Shown here one piece after another: positions 23,433 through 24,000 of a stretch of DNA of 24,000 nucleotides; the first letter of the stretch is position 1; the number at the start of each line of letters is the position of its first letter. The position numbers and the translations under genes were made by a program. A model generated the notes under the pieces. That model did no database searches. It was not told the origin of the DNA and saw only the letters and a program-made list of their open reading frames with translations. The stretch spans positions 22,511 through 46,510 of the forward strand of contig CAXBKQ010000005.1 in NCBI GenBank assembly GCA_963976435.1. Reading direction: 5' to 3'. The DNA is from an uncultured Cryomorphaceae bacterium (GTDB lineage: Bacteria > Bacteroidota > Bacteroidia > Flavobacteriales > Schleiferiaceae).

Positions 23433-24000
23433 CTTCAACAGGATCTAGTCTTGAAGCCTGCCATGCCGGAATAAAACCAGCCACTAAACCGATAATTGCG
23501 GAAAGACTAATTCCCTGAACCACATTTTTTCCAGAAATCGCAATTTCCAATCCTAAGTCGGGATATGCTAAATAAAATATCTCTAAAGAAAGGAATACCA
23601 ATAACAAACCTATTAATCCACCTATCACACATAAAATGGTGGATTCTAATAAAAATTGAAGGCGAATGAAGTATTTTTTGGCCCCAAGGCTTTTTTGAAT
23701 TCCAATTTGGTTGGTTCTTTCTTTTACGCTTACAAACATAATATTGGCGATTCCAAAACCTCCTACCAAAATACTGAAAAAGCCTATTGCCCCTCCAGCA
23801 AAGCCAATCACTCCGAATAATGAATCTAATCCATTGGCTAAAACAGAAATTTCATTAAGGGCAAAATCATCCTCTGCCTTGGGTTTTAATTTTCTTAAGG
23901 AACGCATTGTTCCTCTCAATTCATCTTTGAGTTCAACAATATCAACTCCCGGCTTTGCCGATACCATTATCAATGCCCCATTTCTATTGTTTACATTCAT
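23413..24000 (-). CDS. ABC transporter permease, FtsX/MacB-like. This is the C-terminal part only; the gene runs off the window end.
   Basis: The FtsX-domain hallmarks are present: ANIMFVSVKERTNQIGIQKSLGAKKYFIRLQFLLES, three C-terminal transmembrane helices, and the ending PAWQASRLDPVEAIRSGI. The ATG at 24000 is almost certainly an internal Met and not the start. Confidence 0.85.
   Translation of the reverse strand: MNVNNRNGALIMVSAKPGVDIVELKDELRGTMRSLRKLKPKAEDDFALNEISVLANGLDSLFGVIGFAGGAIGFFSILVGGFGIANIMFVSVKERTNQIGIQKSLGAKKYFIRLQFLLESTILCVIGGLIGLLLVFLSLEIFYLAYPDLGLEIAISGKNVVQGISLSAIIGLVAGFIPAWQASRLDPVEAIRSGI

Noticed and set aside
1-24000. A scan for tRNA, rRNA or tmRNA genes, riboswitches, IS elements and transposases, integrases, phage genes, CRISPR-Cas, restriction-modification or other defence modules.
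   Set aside because: The intergenic regions are short (the longest is about 224 nt), AT-rich and lack tRNA-like GC-rich stems. Every long ORF has a housekeeping or T9SS assignment. I could not support any mobile or defence element from the sequence.

Overview
This is an AT-rich window with almost no non-coding sequence. It reads as core chromosome of a Bacteroidota (Flavobacteriia-like) bacterium. The evidence for that placement is a type IX secretion (T9SS) cargo/PorP-SprF gene pair, a bacillithiol gene, TAnnTTTG-type promoter boxes, and a general lack of Shine-Dalgarno sequences.

All calls come from motif recognition in the supplied translations and from reading the DNA by eye. No searches were run.

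Gene content, left to right:
- (-) bshA 5' end (partial, found by hand).
- (-) MORN-variant repeat secreted protein.
- (-) 982-aa fusion of a NagZ-signature GH3 domain and a serine beta-lactamase-fold domain.
- (+) A tightly coupled five-gene block: small tail-anchored ORF, mutL, rhomboid, rhomboid, membrane-anchored EEP nuclease/phosphatase.
- (+) A secreted protein with a helical N-terminal half and a beta-barrel-like C-terminal half.
- (-) A compact biotin operon, bioF-bioD-bioA-KAS-bioB. It has an embedded FabF/FabB-type ketoacyl synthase and no bioC/H/G/W/I in view.
- (-) A translationally coupled TetR-like plus UbiB/ABC1 kinase pair, just upstream of the biotin operon.
- (+) DinB-family protein, followed by a bidirectional terminator.
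- (-) A T9SS type-B cargo adhesin (916 aa), followed by a PorP/SprF protein. That protein carries an unusual coiled-coil, DPNQ hexapeptide repeat and SPOR tail.
- (+) dgkA-like gene and a GAF-domain free-Met-R-sulfoxide reductase.
- (-) FtsX-type ABC permease 3' end (partial).

I see no tRNA or rRNA genes, CRISPR array, IS element, integrase, prophage, or recognisable defence or toxin-antitoxin system.

The items most worth follow-up are:
1. The PorP/SprF-SPOR fusion with its cognate cargo.
2. The KAS I/II-type condensing enzyme inside the biotin operon.
3. A MutL whose C-terminal endonuclease metal-site motifs look degenerate, encoded in an operon with two rhomboids and an EEP-fold enzyme.

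None of these is demonstrably a new system from sequence alone.
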